In this document: positions 12,001 through 20,933 of the stretch, one piece after another
How positions within the stretch are numbered: position 1 is the stretch's first letter
Layout of the letters: every line of letters starts with the position of its first letter
From: an uncultured Acidobacteriota bacterium
GTDB lineage: Bacteria > Acidobacteriota > Terriglobia > Terriglobales > Acidobacteriaceae
Assembly: GCA_963812095.1 (NCBI GenBank)
Contig: CAWETV010000001.1
Coordinates: forward strand, 354,690-418,689
DNA: 64,000 nt
Reading direction: 5' to 3'
Position numbers and translations under genes: made by a program
The notes under the pieces: generated by a model
Databases searched by the model: none
The model's input: only the letters and a program-made list of their open reading frames with translations
Told to the model about the DNA's origin: nothing

Positions 12001-14924
12001 GAAGCAAGGCGACTGTCTCGTTCTGGATGTATTGGAACGGCGGAAACTGGCAGGGCGTCTTTGAAAACGGTTCCGCTGGCTTGTTCTTCCTCAATGACGC
12101 CTTTGGCTTCACCACCGGGAGCTACGACGTCTGGGGTATCCCGAGCAGTGGTCTGGCTAACACCTGGACATACGTGACCGCGGTGTTCAACAACGGCGAT
12201 CCGCATCTGAACCAGCTCTACCTCAACGGCGTTCAACAGACGCTTTCCCAACAGCTAGGCACGACGCCTTCCTCTGCCCAGGTCACGACGCAGGCTAAGA
12301 TCGGCAGTTGGGACAACGCCGGCTACTACTTCACCGGCCTCGTCGACGAGGTGCAGATCTTCAACGGCGCGCTCCCAGCCTCGCAGATCCAGTCCATCTA
12401 CGAGTCCGGCGCGGCGGGCGTCTGCGTTGCAGAAACCCCCACCACCACGGCTGTTACTTCTTCCGAGAATCCGGCGAACACGGGCGATACGGTGACCTTC
12501 ACGGCCACATTCACGCCCAGCGCGGCCACCGGGACGATCACCTTCATGGATGGCACAACGCAGCTCGGTTCGCCCATCACGATCAGCGGCGGGCAGGCGC
12601 AGTTCCCGACTTCGGCGCTGGCCTTTGGAACGCACGCCATCACCGCCGTTTACAACGGCGACACCAACTATAGCGGCAGCACTTCCTCGCCGCTCAGCCA
12701 GGTGATCACGATCAACGGATCGCAAAGCGCCCCGCTGCCCACGGGCCTGGTGTCATGGTGGAAGGGCGACGGCAACGACGGCGATCAGACCGGCCTCAAT
12801 CCGCTCACACTGTTCAACGGCGCCGGGTATGCGCCGGGCATCGTCAACCAAGCCTTCTCCTTCACCAATTACAACGGGTGGAGCAGCAGCTATGCGCGCA
12901 ACAGCAGCGCGCAGTCGATCCCGGCATCGGGCCCAATCGGGTTTGCCGCCTGGGTCAAATACAACTCGAACGACTCGGCAGGAAATAATCCTGAGGTGCT
13001 CACCCTCGACAGTTCCAATGCCTGCGGCGGCAACGGGATTCTGCACGGGATCCTACTGGGGGGCAGGAACACTGTCGCAATCGCCCGCGGTTGCGGCGCC
13101 ACTCCCAACTTCAACTGCTCCGCCAACGTCAACATAGGCGACAACAACTGGCACCTTGTCGTTACCGGTTGGGATGGAACCAACGCGACGGTCTACGTCG
13201 ATGGGGTACAGAAGGCGCAATGTTCGGGCACCGACTTTACCCGCGACACGAGCTATGTTTCACTCGGCGGCCGGCCGGATCAGGACGGCTATAACTCGCC
13301 CTACAACGGCCTTGAAGACGAGGTCCAAATCTACAACCGCGCGCTCACCGCAGCGGAAGTGCAGCAAATTTACGCCGCCGGCAGCTACGGCGTCAGCGAA
13401 GGCGGCCTACCCTCCAACGAAGGGCTCAAGGTCGCCAGCAGCGCGTTGCCCGCCGGTTATGCGGGCACCCCATACACGCAGCCTTTGTCCGCTTCGGGCG
13501 GCTCGGGCACGGGATATAGCTGGACAGTGCCTTCGATCGGCGACCAGTCGTCGTTGGCCGCCCTCGGACTCAGCCTGTCACCCGGAGGCGTGCTCTCCGG
13601 CTCCAATCCTGTCCAAGGCAGCGCTACATTCACCGTGCAGGTCACCGATTCAGCCTCGAACACGGCTACGGCCCCCCTGTCGATCACGATCAATCAGGGA
13701 CTCACGATCACCGGCCCCTTCCCGCTGCCGACAGGCGTACAGGGCCATCCTTACGGGACCCAGTTGAACGTTACGGGCGGGTCGGGCACAGATTACACCT
13801 GGACGGTCGTTTTACAGGACCAGCCCTCTTTGGCGGCGCTCGGCCTGAGCCTCTCGAGCGGTGGTTGGCTCTCCGGCTATCCGAACGCGGGCGAGATGAC
13901 CTTCGGCGTGAATGTCACTGACTCCGTCGGCAACGTAGCTAACAAGACGTTTCCTGTGACGATTAACCCACCCTTGACCATCACCACCAATTCTCTGCCC
14001 TCTGGCACCGTGGGAACCCCGTATTCTCAGCCGCTGAGCTACTCGGGCGGTTTAGGCCCCACTTTCACTTGGTCGGTTTCGCAATCTGACCAAACCCAAC
14101 TGTCGAATCTCGGCCTGAGCCTTTCGAGCGACGGCGTTCTCTCCGGATCCAACCTGACTGCCGGATCGGCAACCTTCTGGGCGCAGGTAACCGATTCGCT
14201 CAACGACCATGCCATGACCGGCCTTTCCGTCACCATCAACAGCAGCGGTCAGAACATAAGCGGCCAGATTTCGCTTACCGACAGCAACTCCTGCAGCAGC
14301 GTCTCTCTGCCCCCGTTCACGGTGAGCATCAACTATCCGTCCGCCCAAACCCCGACGCTCACCACCACCGACAGCTATGGAAATTACAACTTCACGGGCA
14401 TCCCCAGCGGCACCTACACCATCACGCCATCGATGACCGGTTCCAACCTGCCTGAGTACCTCTTCTATCCCTCTTCGTCCGGCGTAACGGTAAACAACGC
14501 CGACGTGACGGGTCAGAACTATCAGGTCGAGCTGGGCTACACAGTCACCGGCACAGTGAATTACAGTGGCTCGGCCACGGGGCCCATTTACGTGGAGATG
14601 ACTCCGAATTGCGGCGGCAACAACAGCGCCACCAACGGCACCAACATCAGCGCGCCGGGCCCCTACACCATCCACGGCGTTCCGCCCGGGAACTACACCA
14701 TCAATGCGTGGCGCGATAACCTCGGCTACGGCCAGCCCAATGCGTCGAATGCAACGGGGTCTACCTCCGGCGTGGCCATCACAACCTCCAATCTCTCCGG
14801 CCAGAACGTCACGCTGAGCGATCCCTCGGCCGTTTCGCTCTCCGGACAGACGCCCAGCTTCAACGTGGCGGGCGCATTCAACAACGGCGTGTTGTTTATG
14901 TTCAACTCGATCACCCAACAATAA
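1..14924 (+). CDS. Giant secreted/cell-surface Ig-like repeat protein (adhesin-like), 5'-partial
   Basis: The reading frame has no stop from nt 3 to TAA at 14922-14924. The TTG at 48 is only the first start-like codon, so the gene continues upstream of the window. The product consists of ~90-105-aa beta-rich repeats. N-terminal type: GQ..L.V.ITG.FT.F...FG.GI.VNSV.V. SbsA/Big_5 type: P.NGATNV..N..I.V.FS.P.DP.T...TFTP...L...T.YTV.V. Three LamG-like blocks, ITFMDG...AVY.GD Ig blocks, He_PIG-like blocks and CarboxypepD_reg-like blocks follow. Confidence 0.9.
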   Translation, partial: GSTQNGTQTLTSNFLLQAPPPPPTPYIGWESPTSGLPGQTLTLDFYGVYTEWNPTTTLTGFYSSEPDSGITINSQQMVTPTHFTANITIGPNATASWSTLTLTTPGTQDYGPEVDYGSFAVVIAQPTLSIVDPGSGMQGAQNQDINVIGQFTAFKDGDTSFSFGTGITVNSVKVLGQTIATVNISIDQLASLGGRSVIATTPSAQGSLAYQVSGAGFSVNPSLAQMTAVTPNTTQQGQSVDVAVTGANTHWSAATTFNFGSGIAVQNVHVVDQTDATMTLVVPALASEGPTWASATTLGEVASMNNAFVVTAGTPLLLSSGPGSLPQQSGATFTILSQATHWLSNPPIVSYGSGVVVTNTSVTSDTSLTAHGYVQPTTYTGWRDLTVTAGSQVLTLYNALYVAPGPAVINSVLDNATGLPQGGQNATLNVTITGINTNWQQGVTKLNFPNVLVNTWSVTSPTTITANITVSITAPAGQVSVTTTTLGEVATGINVFNVIQTQPELLGLSPTSETQAWTGTVNLTGAFTHFNSDPTQGAVTTANFGAGIAVNSVTATDATHLTANITVQPTANLGYRNVSVATGTEALLLTNAFQVMVGNAAISNLSPAYGQQNASYTISVTGSQTHFCYPYDATVCPNATLAHFDGGIGVTSISVTDTEHATVHITVPPGTQPGYYYVSLTTGGEVASIGVPGISTGNTGFQVTSGTAIVSAVNPPTGHQGAKHLSVALTGTFTHFDSINNPTTSVASFGSGITVNSLTVIDATHAAADISIDANATIASRNVTVSTAIETATLTGGFSVLAGVPALVSVAPTSGAAGNTLNVTIAGQFTKFQSGFSSVNMGSDIHVNFITNVTFTSLTANVTIASNAAPGNRDVSVTTNGATQTLSSAFTVLAGTPAITVITPNIGVRNSQVTVSITGLYTNWVNGTTVVSFGPGIAVGSGAEGAAGSVTVNSTTSLAATLTIDPSAGYGPRDLTITTGSEVETVPGGFTVQPQSVSPPSLISISPGINVGGDITINSNIVVVFSQPMDRTTINTGSMTMQLYQNGTFISVLGTVSLDAAGRVATFTPNSLLAPNSQFYFTLSSNIKDATGNGYPGNSWWLYTNFSYAFAPTVVAANPPATSTVGNNVPIQIEFSSPMDQSIASGLTVTANGNPVAGTYSWNSTVNCCSWGPGTILYFSPTSPLSAGSYTVSWDSPLVDTAGNLVTPGSFSFTVGSSPDTAQNYTGPDFQNGVGNVGTNFAPKVNFSKPVDPIDINTGTLLLYNGDSGKYVNGAVTLAPGGMSATFTPTAALLPNTYYRIHMAWGNYDADGNYLYGTDSYFTTGAGTDSAGPSVASISPADQSISIPVNTEIVAHFSEPIDPSAYSITVTPSAGSPAAGTATLSSDNLTLTFVPTDFLQPGTLYTVQVSGFQDMVGISGTTSTTTFTTANSAVLFNLSTGLDASGNLITTGDTVDPHWSYVSTSPNTSGESNFLYPGDASSDAYTGSLKVVAPGNAGWYGGWGANGPSSSWIAINPDSVQGNTYGFYSTSFTMPSVLPPSTHICLAGYWSHDDNALLALNGTPIMGDQGNVYSLSPLNIDITSNLLLGSTNYLTVGFGSTDNSYEGARVQAVVESCGASETAGTSLTGTTSNLVLTSATPGWNAQNVPTNTNIALTFNNALDPATVNSSTLPVMISNQVIAGGYVVTGSGVNFTPDSPFPTNTQVSVNACNGPYDLAGDSAAYNGCGTQLDYFNTGSTATPASTPFQATAITPAANATNVGLRAPVTVTFNRSVNLGTVNQNDWGLFAGDGQSPWCSTNYSHSQDDATLEFNCYPLPSSATMTGMVNSGLQDWQGNGFTANSVLNGQWQFSTTNYDSNTNGTFITIRPGSGAGGVDPNLPLTFYSNLPIDPSTAAGGLQVAVNNTEVSGTVQVLGSGYTMEFTPNAPWPAGALVQWWTTGSIMNTTYETPFNTTSGYFYVAGDTSQAAPAAQTVSPSQNTSNIPLNSVFDLQFNVPINASTIGDGTIYLYDSYTSLHIPVVYSEPQPNEVLMTPVSSTDMTTRVDLPAGHYVYLYFNNGLTSTTSVPANSTGWYYYTGGADDATTPIVTNAVPFNGAKNVGVNATPGVAFNKAIDPVSVNAGTFQVLDGSTPLAGSFWLNSSDTRATFVPNGPLPPSSQLTISLNGVIDPEGHAVTYSSTFGTASGPDYTAPSVVWSSVTSNTSIPTNSMITVQFNESMDSTTFTAGQPGSCGNFDIYDLLNGWNCIGTTLQWSPDQSVAYLTPTTPLAAGRQYYLSINSGTDLAGNQMSGDNFYFSAEYGASTSGTAPAVVAYNPINGDTVGTNAIVEVRFSAPVDPTTVSGVTLAGGGSTVPTTPVLSAGNTVLQLVPAAPLAGGTTYTVSVQSVTDAARHAVTGTLTNSFTTEATYDINPPSLVSYDPPNNATVGTNTVPKMVFSKPLNPIFVSNSTFQMVLCDTNQWIPLAVTQSADGKTITMTPQVALLTDTRYQFYVGWGAQDEEGNTFGYGWYYFYTGDNAVKVGPTVSVSPANGATGMPLNTDVIVSVSAPIDPTSWNQNSIQLLDASMNPVAGTVSEPNNQTLVFRPSANLAPGAAYTVNVGAGAFADANGNPVSAFQSTFTTDTAGTIGSGGLYLSNSPSVTTNSSGAQVFTLTFSQLLDPNSVNPNTLKFMYGPNQSLAISGTYAVSSNLVSFTPTTSYPAGTNIYVYTCNGPTDVLGEYFSGCWNQLTSFYVSSGLADTVPFYVSSVSPANGTANVGREQTISVTFSKAIDPSSIYNNDAVVYAGQDVQDRGSFTLSSDNRTLYFNIGALSNGTTYTISLPMNGITDQSGNYLTADSAGDPLAGPYISTFTTMADPATGDGSVQGENPGNNATGVPIGTMLTLYMNRQVNPSTVAANVIVSINGVVDTGGLVTTAADNYEIQFSPSAGTFPNGATVQWWLSSSVMDVYGNNFNIASGVFYTAAAVDPSSSPQIVAVSPSCCGSVNVPTNAEIDIQYSLPIDATTLSGNVWLNSGQSTPYTVSLASPNVVRIAPNGTTWDKNSWYGFCVNSNVKGLNGVGVPYSCYATYFTTTSSPDSNAGTVTIGPPNGVSNVGTNADIRVQFSKPADRTTVNSSTVSVTAQNNAVPVTFTYNYNGADLVGANVYPVNPLPPSTPVTVNVNGILDYAGNAFNQPSATFTTAALPDYTNPSVAMDFSWWQTGIATNASFTCHYSEPIDPSSVSTSNTYVYSFVTNSAVPATYVWSPDMMSLTMTPKAPLDANSEYYYTCQGAIDLTGNGQNGDTRYFYTGNGASSSGPQLVYANPPSGMQNVPINTSEGPWYGSSLYLLFNEPVSQQSIGNITLTPQNGSAMPISVYFVYENEAVSVQLPWSLSPNTTYTFDVSGVTDLSGNPASATTTSSFKTGSSYDWTSPTVASTDPANGDTPATMPTSVSITFSEAMDPVLIGSNNVYLQLHNTQTVVPTTISFSPDYVTVTLTPVTPLTESTIYDLVVYGNNWWPYDIAGNQFSTGGYVSWNNGYVFSTFTTPSTGAIDGQCDSTTNGKSFSTPPTANLCSAGAAGSMSLSNGSMTWMCNSPNGGNDASCSATVSPTSNANSCTPQPSGLVSWWPGDLNTNDLIGGNNGTLENGAGFATGLLDYAFSLDGSNQFVYVSQPVPTNLQIQNAMTMSAWVYPTAYPTNQGGGPYAMIMGSQQDGASAGAALFYNAQVNNGGISGVPVGSVIFNLGNGSGFAGAETMSQVPLNQWTLVTGVASANNPTQIYFNGTLQPTASYGGTWNGTVAYPQTDWFSIGQQVDRNRPFTGLIDDAQVYNVALSSAQVQSLYTSGNSGSGICQVQTASTTTVSSSGSPAQVGDQVTFTADVSPSSATGTITFMDGSTPLGSAVSLSSGEAQLTTSALTLGVHKITAVYSGDSTYSGSVSSLLNQIENLDGALCAPQPAGLLDWYPAELNANDIIGGNNGAVEGSVAYAPGVVGQAFSMNGSGDVALSLPSLNTSPGSKATVSFWMYWNGGNWQGVFENGSAGLFFLNDAFGFTTGSYDVWGIPSSGLANTWTYVTAVFNNGDPHLNQLYLNGVQQTLSQQLGTTPSSAQVTTQAKIGSWDNAGYYFTGLVDEVQIFNGALPASQIQSIYESGAAGVCVAETPTTTAVTSSENPANTGDTVTFTATFTPSAATGTITFMDGTTQLGSPITISGGQAQFPTSALAFGTHAITAVYNGDTNYSGSTSSPLSQVITINGSQSAPLPTGLVSWWKGDGNDGDQTGLNPLTLFNGAGYAPGIVNQAFSFTNYNGWSSSYARNSSAQSIPASGPIGFAAWVKYNSNDSAGNNPEVLTLDSSNACGGNGILHGILLGGRNTVAIARGCGATPNFNCSANVNIGDNNWHLVVTGWDGTNATVYVDGVQKAQCSGTDFTRDTSYVSLGGRPDQDGYNSPYNGLEDEVQIYNRALTAAEVQQIYAAGSYGVSEGGLPSNEGLKVASSALPAGYAGTPYTQPLSASGGSGTGYSWTVPSIGDQSSLAALGLSLSPGGVLSGSNPVQGSATFTVQVTDSASNTATAPLSITINQGLTITGPFPLPTGVQGHPYGTQLNVTGGSGTDYTWTVVLQDQPSLAALGLSLSSGGWLSGYPNAGEMTFGVNVTDSVGNVANKTFPVTINPPLTITTNSLPSGTVGTPYSQPLSYSGGLGPTFTWSVSQSDQTQLSNLGLSLSSDGVLSGSNLTAGSATFWAQVTDSLNDHAMTGLSVTINSSGQNISGQISLTDSNSCSSVSLPPFTVSINYPSAQTPTLTTTDSYGNYNFTGIPSGTYTITPSMTGSNLPEYLFYPSSSGVTVNNADVTGQNYQVELGYTVTGTVNYSGSATGPIYVEMTPNCGGNNSATNGTNISAPGPYTIHGVPPGNYTINAWRDNLGYGQPNASNATGSTSGVAITTSNLSGQNVTLSDPSAVSLSGQTPSFNVAGAFNNGVLFMFNSITQQ
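2990..10590 (+). repeat. Array of roughly two dozen ~100-aa SbsA/Big_5-type Ig-like domains inside the giant ORF, interrupted by one non-Ig insert at ~4290-4870
   Basis: The motif (V/I).S..P..G.T.V..N..I...FS.P(M/I)DP.(S/T) recurs, followed by ..TF.P...L...T.Y.. and D..GN. Boundaries were estimated from the translation, not from an HMM. Confidence 0.6.
10800..13400 (+). other. Three LamG/ConA-like lectin modules alternating with two Big_3-type Ig modules (domain block of the giant ORF)
   Basis: Each LamG-like block starts C.PQP.GL..W(W/Y)P...N.D.IGGNNG and ends DDAQVYNVALSSAQVQSLY, VDEVQIFNGALPASQIQSIY or EDEVQIYNRALTAAEVQQIY. The Ig blocks read ATGTITFMDG(S/T)..LGS....S.G.AQ..TSAL..G.H.ITAVY.GD.(T/N)YSGS. 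Confidence 0.6.
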
Positions 14925-14925
14925 T

Positions 14926-17900
14926 GTGGAGACTCCCACCGGCTACACCTTGCAGTGGAGCACGAGCAGCAGCACCAACAGCGACGGGTCGTTCACCAGC
15001 CCCGCCGGCCAGACCACCTTCCCGGCCACCGGGAACAATAATGCCAACCTCTGGTTCCTGAACAGCGCCAACGTCAGCGGCCTCGCAGGCGGCGGCACCT
15101 ACTACTTCGTGGAGCAGGCCTCGGCGGGCAGCTCCACCAGCAACTACTCTCAGGTCGTCGGTCCGGTCACGCTCCAGGATCCGCAGGATTCGGGCTCCAA
15201 CAACCTGGTCACCGGCCAGGTCTCATGGACGGGCGCGGCCAACGGCCCGCTCTACGTGGGCTTCTTTGACACGAGCAACGGCCAGGCCTATGTCACCCAG
15301 GTGGGCAGCAACGCGACCCCGCCCACCAGCCCCGCGACTTACTCCGTCTATGTGCCCTCCGACAGCAGCTTCTACTTCTTCGCAGTCATCGACAACAACA
15401 ACAACGGTCTCGTCGACCCCGGCGACTTCCAAAATGTCAATAGCAACTCCGGCCCCGGTGTCGTCAGCATCCCCATGAGCGGTTCCCAGTCTCCCGACCT
15501 GACCCTGCCCACCGGCAATGTGATCGTCGGAGTCCAGACCGCATACACCCAGACCACCAATGGGGACTACACCAATAGCTGGTACCAACTGAGCTTTGGC
15601 GTGGCGCCGGGCGCCAAGCAGCCCATCGCGGCCACGCTCCTCTCCGGACCCAATGTCTACAACCCGGTGGACATGGGATGGTGCGGCGGCAACTGCAACA
15701 ACAACTCCGCCTTCCAGTTCAGCATCGAAATCGCCGGCATCCCGCAGGTGGGTGACACCTACACATTCAACGTCACCTATACCGACGGAACCTCCGACCC
15801 CGCCCCGCAAACTGGAACGGTCCAGAGCGTGCTCGGCTCCAGCGCCCTGGTCGTCGGAACTGCGCCCCTGGGCAGCGGCATCAGCGAAACGCCCAGCTTC
15901 GATTGGACCTATCCTTCCAACCCCGGCAATTACGCCTACTCCTTCTACGTGTGCTGTGGCAGCAACGGAACCATCTGGCAGATACCCGGCCAGAACTCGA
16001 AGTCGAACGGCTTCGCGTATACCGATATTCCCTCTGCGCTCACATGGGGCGTGGATCCCACCAACTCCAGCAACACGCCGTCGCCTTCGACCCTCAGCGG
16101 CGGCGGAACTTACCAATGGTCGGTTGAGTCGCGCGACATCTATGGCAATACTGCCAGCGACCAAATGAACTTCCAAACCGTGACCACGCCACTCACAATG
16201 GGAGCGTCCTTACCCGCTCCGGTTGTGGGCGTCCCTTACGGCGGCTACTTCACCGCCTCCGGAGGCGTGGCGCCGTACAACTGGACCGGCACCTTCCCAG
16301 TGGGCAACAACAACCTGAGCTATTCCCCCAATAGCGACGGATCCAGGCTGTATATCACCGGCGCACCGACCAGCACCGGGCAGGTCCAGTTCCAGGTGAC
16401 ACTCAACGACTCGGCGAGCGACCAGGTAGGGCCCAGCACATACTCCGTCAATGTAGGAACCGACAACCAGATTGGGCTGCCCGGAGCCGGCAACGCTCCG
16501 CTGGGGGCAGGACTGGTCGGCGTCGCGTACGGGCAAACCCTCTCCGCCAGCGGCGGCCCGGGCGGCAACTACTACCAGTGGGCAGTCAACGGAACCTCCA
16601 TCCCGGCCAACAAAGTGGCCACTGCGGCCACCGGCAGCGATGGGCTGACCTTCACCAGTAACGGCAGCAACGTGCTCACCATCGGCGGAACGCCCGCCAC
16701 CGCCAGCGCCGGGCTTTCGCTCGCCATCACGGTCACCGACGCCACCAACTCCATGAACACGGCAACCGCCACCTATTCGGTGCCCATCAACAGTCCTCCT
16801 GACAGCTCCCTCAACGGCAACCTGACCGGCACCTACGTCTGCCTGACTCAGGGCTTCAAAGACAGCGACAGCTCGCGCTGGGCCTCGCTTTCAAGCGTCG
16901 TCCTGAACGGCAGCGGCGCCATCACGAGCGGCGTATGGGACCAGAACAGCCGCAACAGTTCCTCGGCAGCGTCCGGAACCGTCACCGGCACCTACAGCGT
17001 CGGCTCCGACTACAACGGCATCCTCACCACAACCTCGACGGTCACCTCGGGCGGCTCCGGCTCGCAAACCGACAGCTGGGCCATTGCCATCACCGGCGCC
17101 ACCAGCCCGGCGCAGGAGTTCCGGATGGTGGAAAGCGACGATGTGGGCTCCTCGCCCTCGGGCCAGCACGCGGCAGCCGACTGCTACCTGGCCGACAAGG
17201 GCGCCTTCAATTCCGCGCTCAGCGGTAACAGCTTTGTCTATAGCCTGACGGGAGAGAGCGGCAACGGAGCTGCGAAAACATCGGCCGGCCAGTTCGCTCT
17301 CGATTCCAGCGGCGACGTGACCTCCGGCTACATGGATCAGGCCAAGGGCGGCCAGGCAACACTGAGCTCCAGCGCTTTCACCGGCGGCAGCTATGGCACG
17401 CCGGACTCCACCACCGGCCGTGCCACGCTTTCGCTTACCAGCAGCAACGGCACAGGCGACTTTGCGCTTTACCTCATCGATGCCAACCGGGGATTTCTGA
17501 TGGGAACCGACACGGGCGGCGTGCAGGCGGGCCAGTTGCGCAAGCAGCAGCAGAGCTCCTATTCCATCTCCAACATGGAAGGAAACGCGGTGATGTACAT
17601 CCAGGGCGTCTTCTTTGGAGGCTCCGGGACCACCGCCACCGGCTACTACTCCGAGGTCTACCAGGTCTCTGGCGACTCCAATGGCGTCACCTTGAACCAG
17701 ACCTATCTTGACGCCAACGGCACATACACCGCGAGCCAGAAACCTGTTGGTCCCGCGCCGGTTACTTTCGGCAACGTCCCGGGACGCGCGTCCATCAGCT
17801 CAGGCCCCGTCTTCTACCTCTACGACAACGGCTCCGGCTTTGAAATTACCGCCAACTCCAGCGGAAGTGGAGGTCTCTCCAACCCCATCGAATCCGGCGC

Positions 17901-18231
17901 CATGGAGCCGCAGACGCAGACCACCGCGTCAGGCGATTACATGGAAGGCCGCCTGGCGCCGCTCAACCCTACATATCCGAACAAGGCAGGTCAGTACGAT
18001 CTGGACAGCATCGGCGATATTTCCGGCGGCGTCAGCACGGGCAACATGGGTGCCTTCCTATACGATGCGCCCCTGAACTCGTACGCCTACAGCTTCGACA
18101 ACACAACCTACGGATCGCTCGTGATGACGCAGTCAGGAAATGGGAACTCAAGCTGCGTCGTCATCAACCCCACGCGCATGGCATGCACCACGCAGACGGG
18201 GGCTCCGGCAGTGTTCATTCTGCAGCAGTAA
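14926..18231 (+). CDS. Large surface protein (1101 aa); probably the C-terminal continuation of the upstream giant ORF
   Basis: The ORF starts with GTG one nt after the upstream TAA, in the +1 frame. That +1 frame is already open upstream (..SPNNNVETPTGYTLQWS). It shares domain vocabulary with the upstream ORF: He_PIG-like VPYGGYFTASGGVAPYNW and VAYGQTLSASGGPGGNYYQW, and a CarboxypepD_reg-like block. Confidence 0.8.
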   Translation: METPTGYTLQWSTSSSTNSDGSFTSPAGQTTFPATGNNNANLWFLNSANVSGLAGGGTYYFVEQASAGSSTSNYSQVVGPVTLQDPQDSGSNNLVTGQVSWTGAANGPLYVGFFDTSNGQAYVTQVGSNATPPTSPATYSVYVPSDSSFYFFAVIDNNNNGLVDPGDFQNVNSNSGPGVVSIPMSGSQSPDLTLPTGNVIVGVQTAYTQTTNGDYTNSWYQLSFGVAPGAKQPIAATLLSGPNVYNPVDMGWCGGNCNNNSAFQFSIEIAGIPQVGDTYTFNVTYTDGTSDPAPQTGTVQSVLGSSALVVGTAPLGSGISETPSFDWTYPSNPGNYAYSFYVCCGSNGTIWQIPGQNSKSNGFAYTDIPSALTWGVDPTNSSNTPSPSTLSGGGTYQWSVESRDIYGNTASDQMNFQTVTTPLTMGASLPAPVVGVPYGGYFTASGGVAPYNWTGTFPVGNNNLSYSPNSDGSRLYITGAPTSTGQVQFQVTLNDSASDQVGPSTYSVNVGTDNQIGLPGAGNAPLGAGLVGVAYGQTLSASGGPGGNYYQWAVNGTSIPANKVATAATGSDGLTFTSNGSNVLTIGGTPATASAGLSLAITVTDATNSMNTATATYSVPINSPPDSSLNGNLTGTYVCLTQGFKDSDSSRWASLSSVVLNGSGAITSGVWDQNSRNSSSAASGTVTGTYSVGSDYNGILTTTSTVTSGGSGSQTDSWAIAITGATSPAQEFRMVESDDVGSSPSGQHAAADCYLADKGAFNSALSGNSFVYSLTGESGNGAAKTSAGQFALDSSGDVTSGYMDQAKGGQATLSSSAFTGGSYGTPDSTTGRATLSLTSSNGTGDFALYLIDANRGFLMGTDTGGVQAGQLRKQQQSSYSISNMEGNAVMYIQGVFFGGSGTTATGYYSEVYQVSGDSNGVTLNQTYLDANGTYTASQKPVGPAPVTFGNVPGRASISSGPVFYLYDNGSGFEITANSSGSGGLSNPIESGAMEPQTQTTASGDYMEGRLAPLNPTYPNKAGQYDLDSIGDISGGVSTGNMGAFLYDAPLNSYAYSFDNTTYGSLVMTQSGNGNSSCVVINPTRMACTTQTGAPAVFILQQ

Positions 18232-18253
18232 GCCTGCACGCCGATCCGGCCTA

Positions 18254-19921
<1,668 letters not shown>

Positions 19922-19923
19922 CG

Positions 19924-20859
19924 CTAGCTTGACTCTCCGTTCGTAGCCTTCGCGTCCAGAAACCGGCTCGTGATCCCCCCGTACGCATCCACTCTCCGGT
20001 CGCGCAAAAACGGCCAGTTGCGCCGCGTCTCCTCAATCAGCGCTACGTCCACTTCGCCGATCAGAATCTCCTGGGCTTCATGCGAAGCCTTCGCGATCAC
20101 CCGGCCGAAGGGATCGGCCAGAAAACTCCCGCCCCAGAACTCGATTCCCTGCCCTTCCGCCCGGTGGGCAATTAGGACCTCGCCATGCTCGAGGCCCACG
20201 CGGTTCACCGCCGCCACGTAGACTCCGTTGGCGATGGCGTGCGAGCGCTGGATCGTCTGCCACGCCTCGTACTGCGCCTGACCGAACTCGGCCTTCTCCG
20301 CCGGGTGCCAGCCAATCGCCGTCGGATAGAAAAGAACCTCGGCGCCCTGCAAGGCCGTCAGCCGCGCGCCCTCGGGGTACCACTGATCCCAGCAGACGAG
20401 CGTCCCAATGCGGCCGAAGGCCGTGTCGACAGCCTGAAAACCCAGATCGCCGGGCGCGAAATAATATTTTTCGTAATAAAGCGGATCGTCGGGGATGTGC
20501 ATCTTGCGATAGACGCCGGCGATCGAGCCGTCGGCGCCGAGCGTGACGGCTGTGTTGTGGTAGAGCCCAGGCGCGCGGCGTTCAAACAGCGATGCAACAA
20601 TGACCACGCCCAGTTCGCGAGCCACGGCCCCGAGCCGTTCTGTTGTTGTTCCGGGAATCTCCTCCGAAAGGTCAAAGAGCGCAAGCTCCTCGCGCTGGCA
20701 GAAGTACTGTGTCTTGAAAAGCTCGGGCAGGCAGACGACCTGAGCGCCACGCCGCGCCGCCTCGCGCACATGCCCCAGCGCGGCGGCAAAGTTGGCCTCC
20801 GCGTCCGGGCCCATGCGCATCTGTACCAGGCCGAGTTTGTATCTGCGTTGGTCGATCAT
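19924..20859 (-). CDS. aguB: N-carbamoylputrescine amidase (nitrilase superfamily)
   Basis: MIDQRRYKLGLVQM...VVCLPELF...RKMHIPDDPLYYEKYYFAPGD...LVCWDQWYPE carries the nitrilase-family E-K-C catalytic context. I chose ATG 20859 over the long upstream ORF extension. Its stop lies 2 nt before the aguA ATG. Confidence 0.85.
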   Translation of the reverse strand: MIDQRRYKLGLVQMRMGPDAEANFAAALGHVREAARRGAQVVCLPELFKTQYFCQREELALFDLSEEIPGTTTERLGAVARELGVVIVASLFERRAPGLYHNTAVTLGADGSIAGVYRKMHIPDDPLYYEKYYFAPGDLGFQAVDTAFGRIGTLVCWDQWYPEGARLTALQGAEVLFYPTAIGWHPAEKAEFGQAQYEAWQTIQRSHAIANGVYVAAVNRVGLEHGEVLIAHRAEGQGIEFWGGSFLADPFGRVIAKASHEAQEILIGEVDVALIEETRRNWPFLRDRRVDAYGGITSRFLDAKATNGESS

Positions 20860-20933
20860 CGGACTCGAGAATTCCTCCTCCTCGCGCGCCCTCTCAGATG
20901 GCGTTGACCGAACTGAATCGACCTTGGCCGCGC

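Noticed and set aside
14910-14930. Programmed +1 ribosomal frameshift or stop-go coupling at the giant-ORF junction.
   Set aside because: I see no recognisable slippery or stimulatory context. The same kind of 1-nt shift interrupts at least nine other conserved genes in this window, so a technical indel in the CCC run is the simpler explanation. It remains testable with reads.
405-14939. Many long antisense or out-of-frame ORFs inside the giant gene, for example 6039-7184(-), 8916-9818(-), 14052-14939(-), 3252-3908(-) and 10499-11215(+).
   Set aside because: All lie wholly within the 14.9-kb ORF. Their products are Arg/Gly/Ala/Pro-rich and low in complexity, as is typical of shadow ORFs in high-GC DNA. 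The sense frame, in contrast, has clear repeated domain structure.
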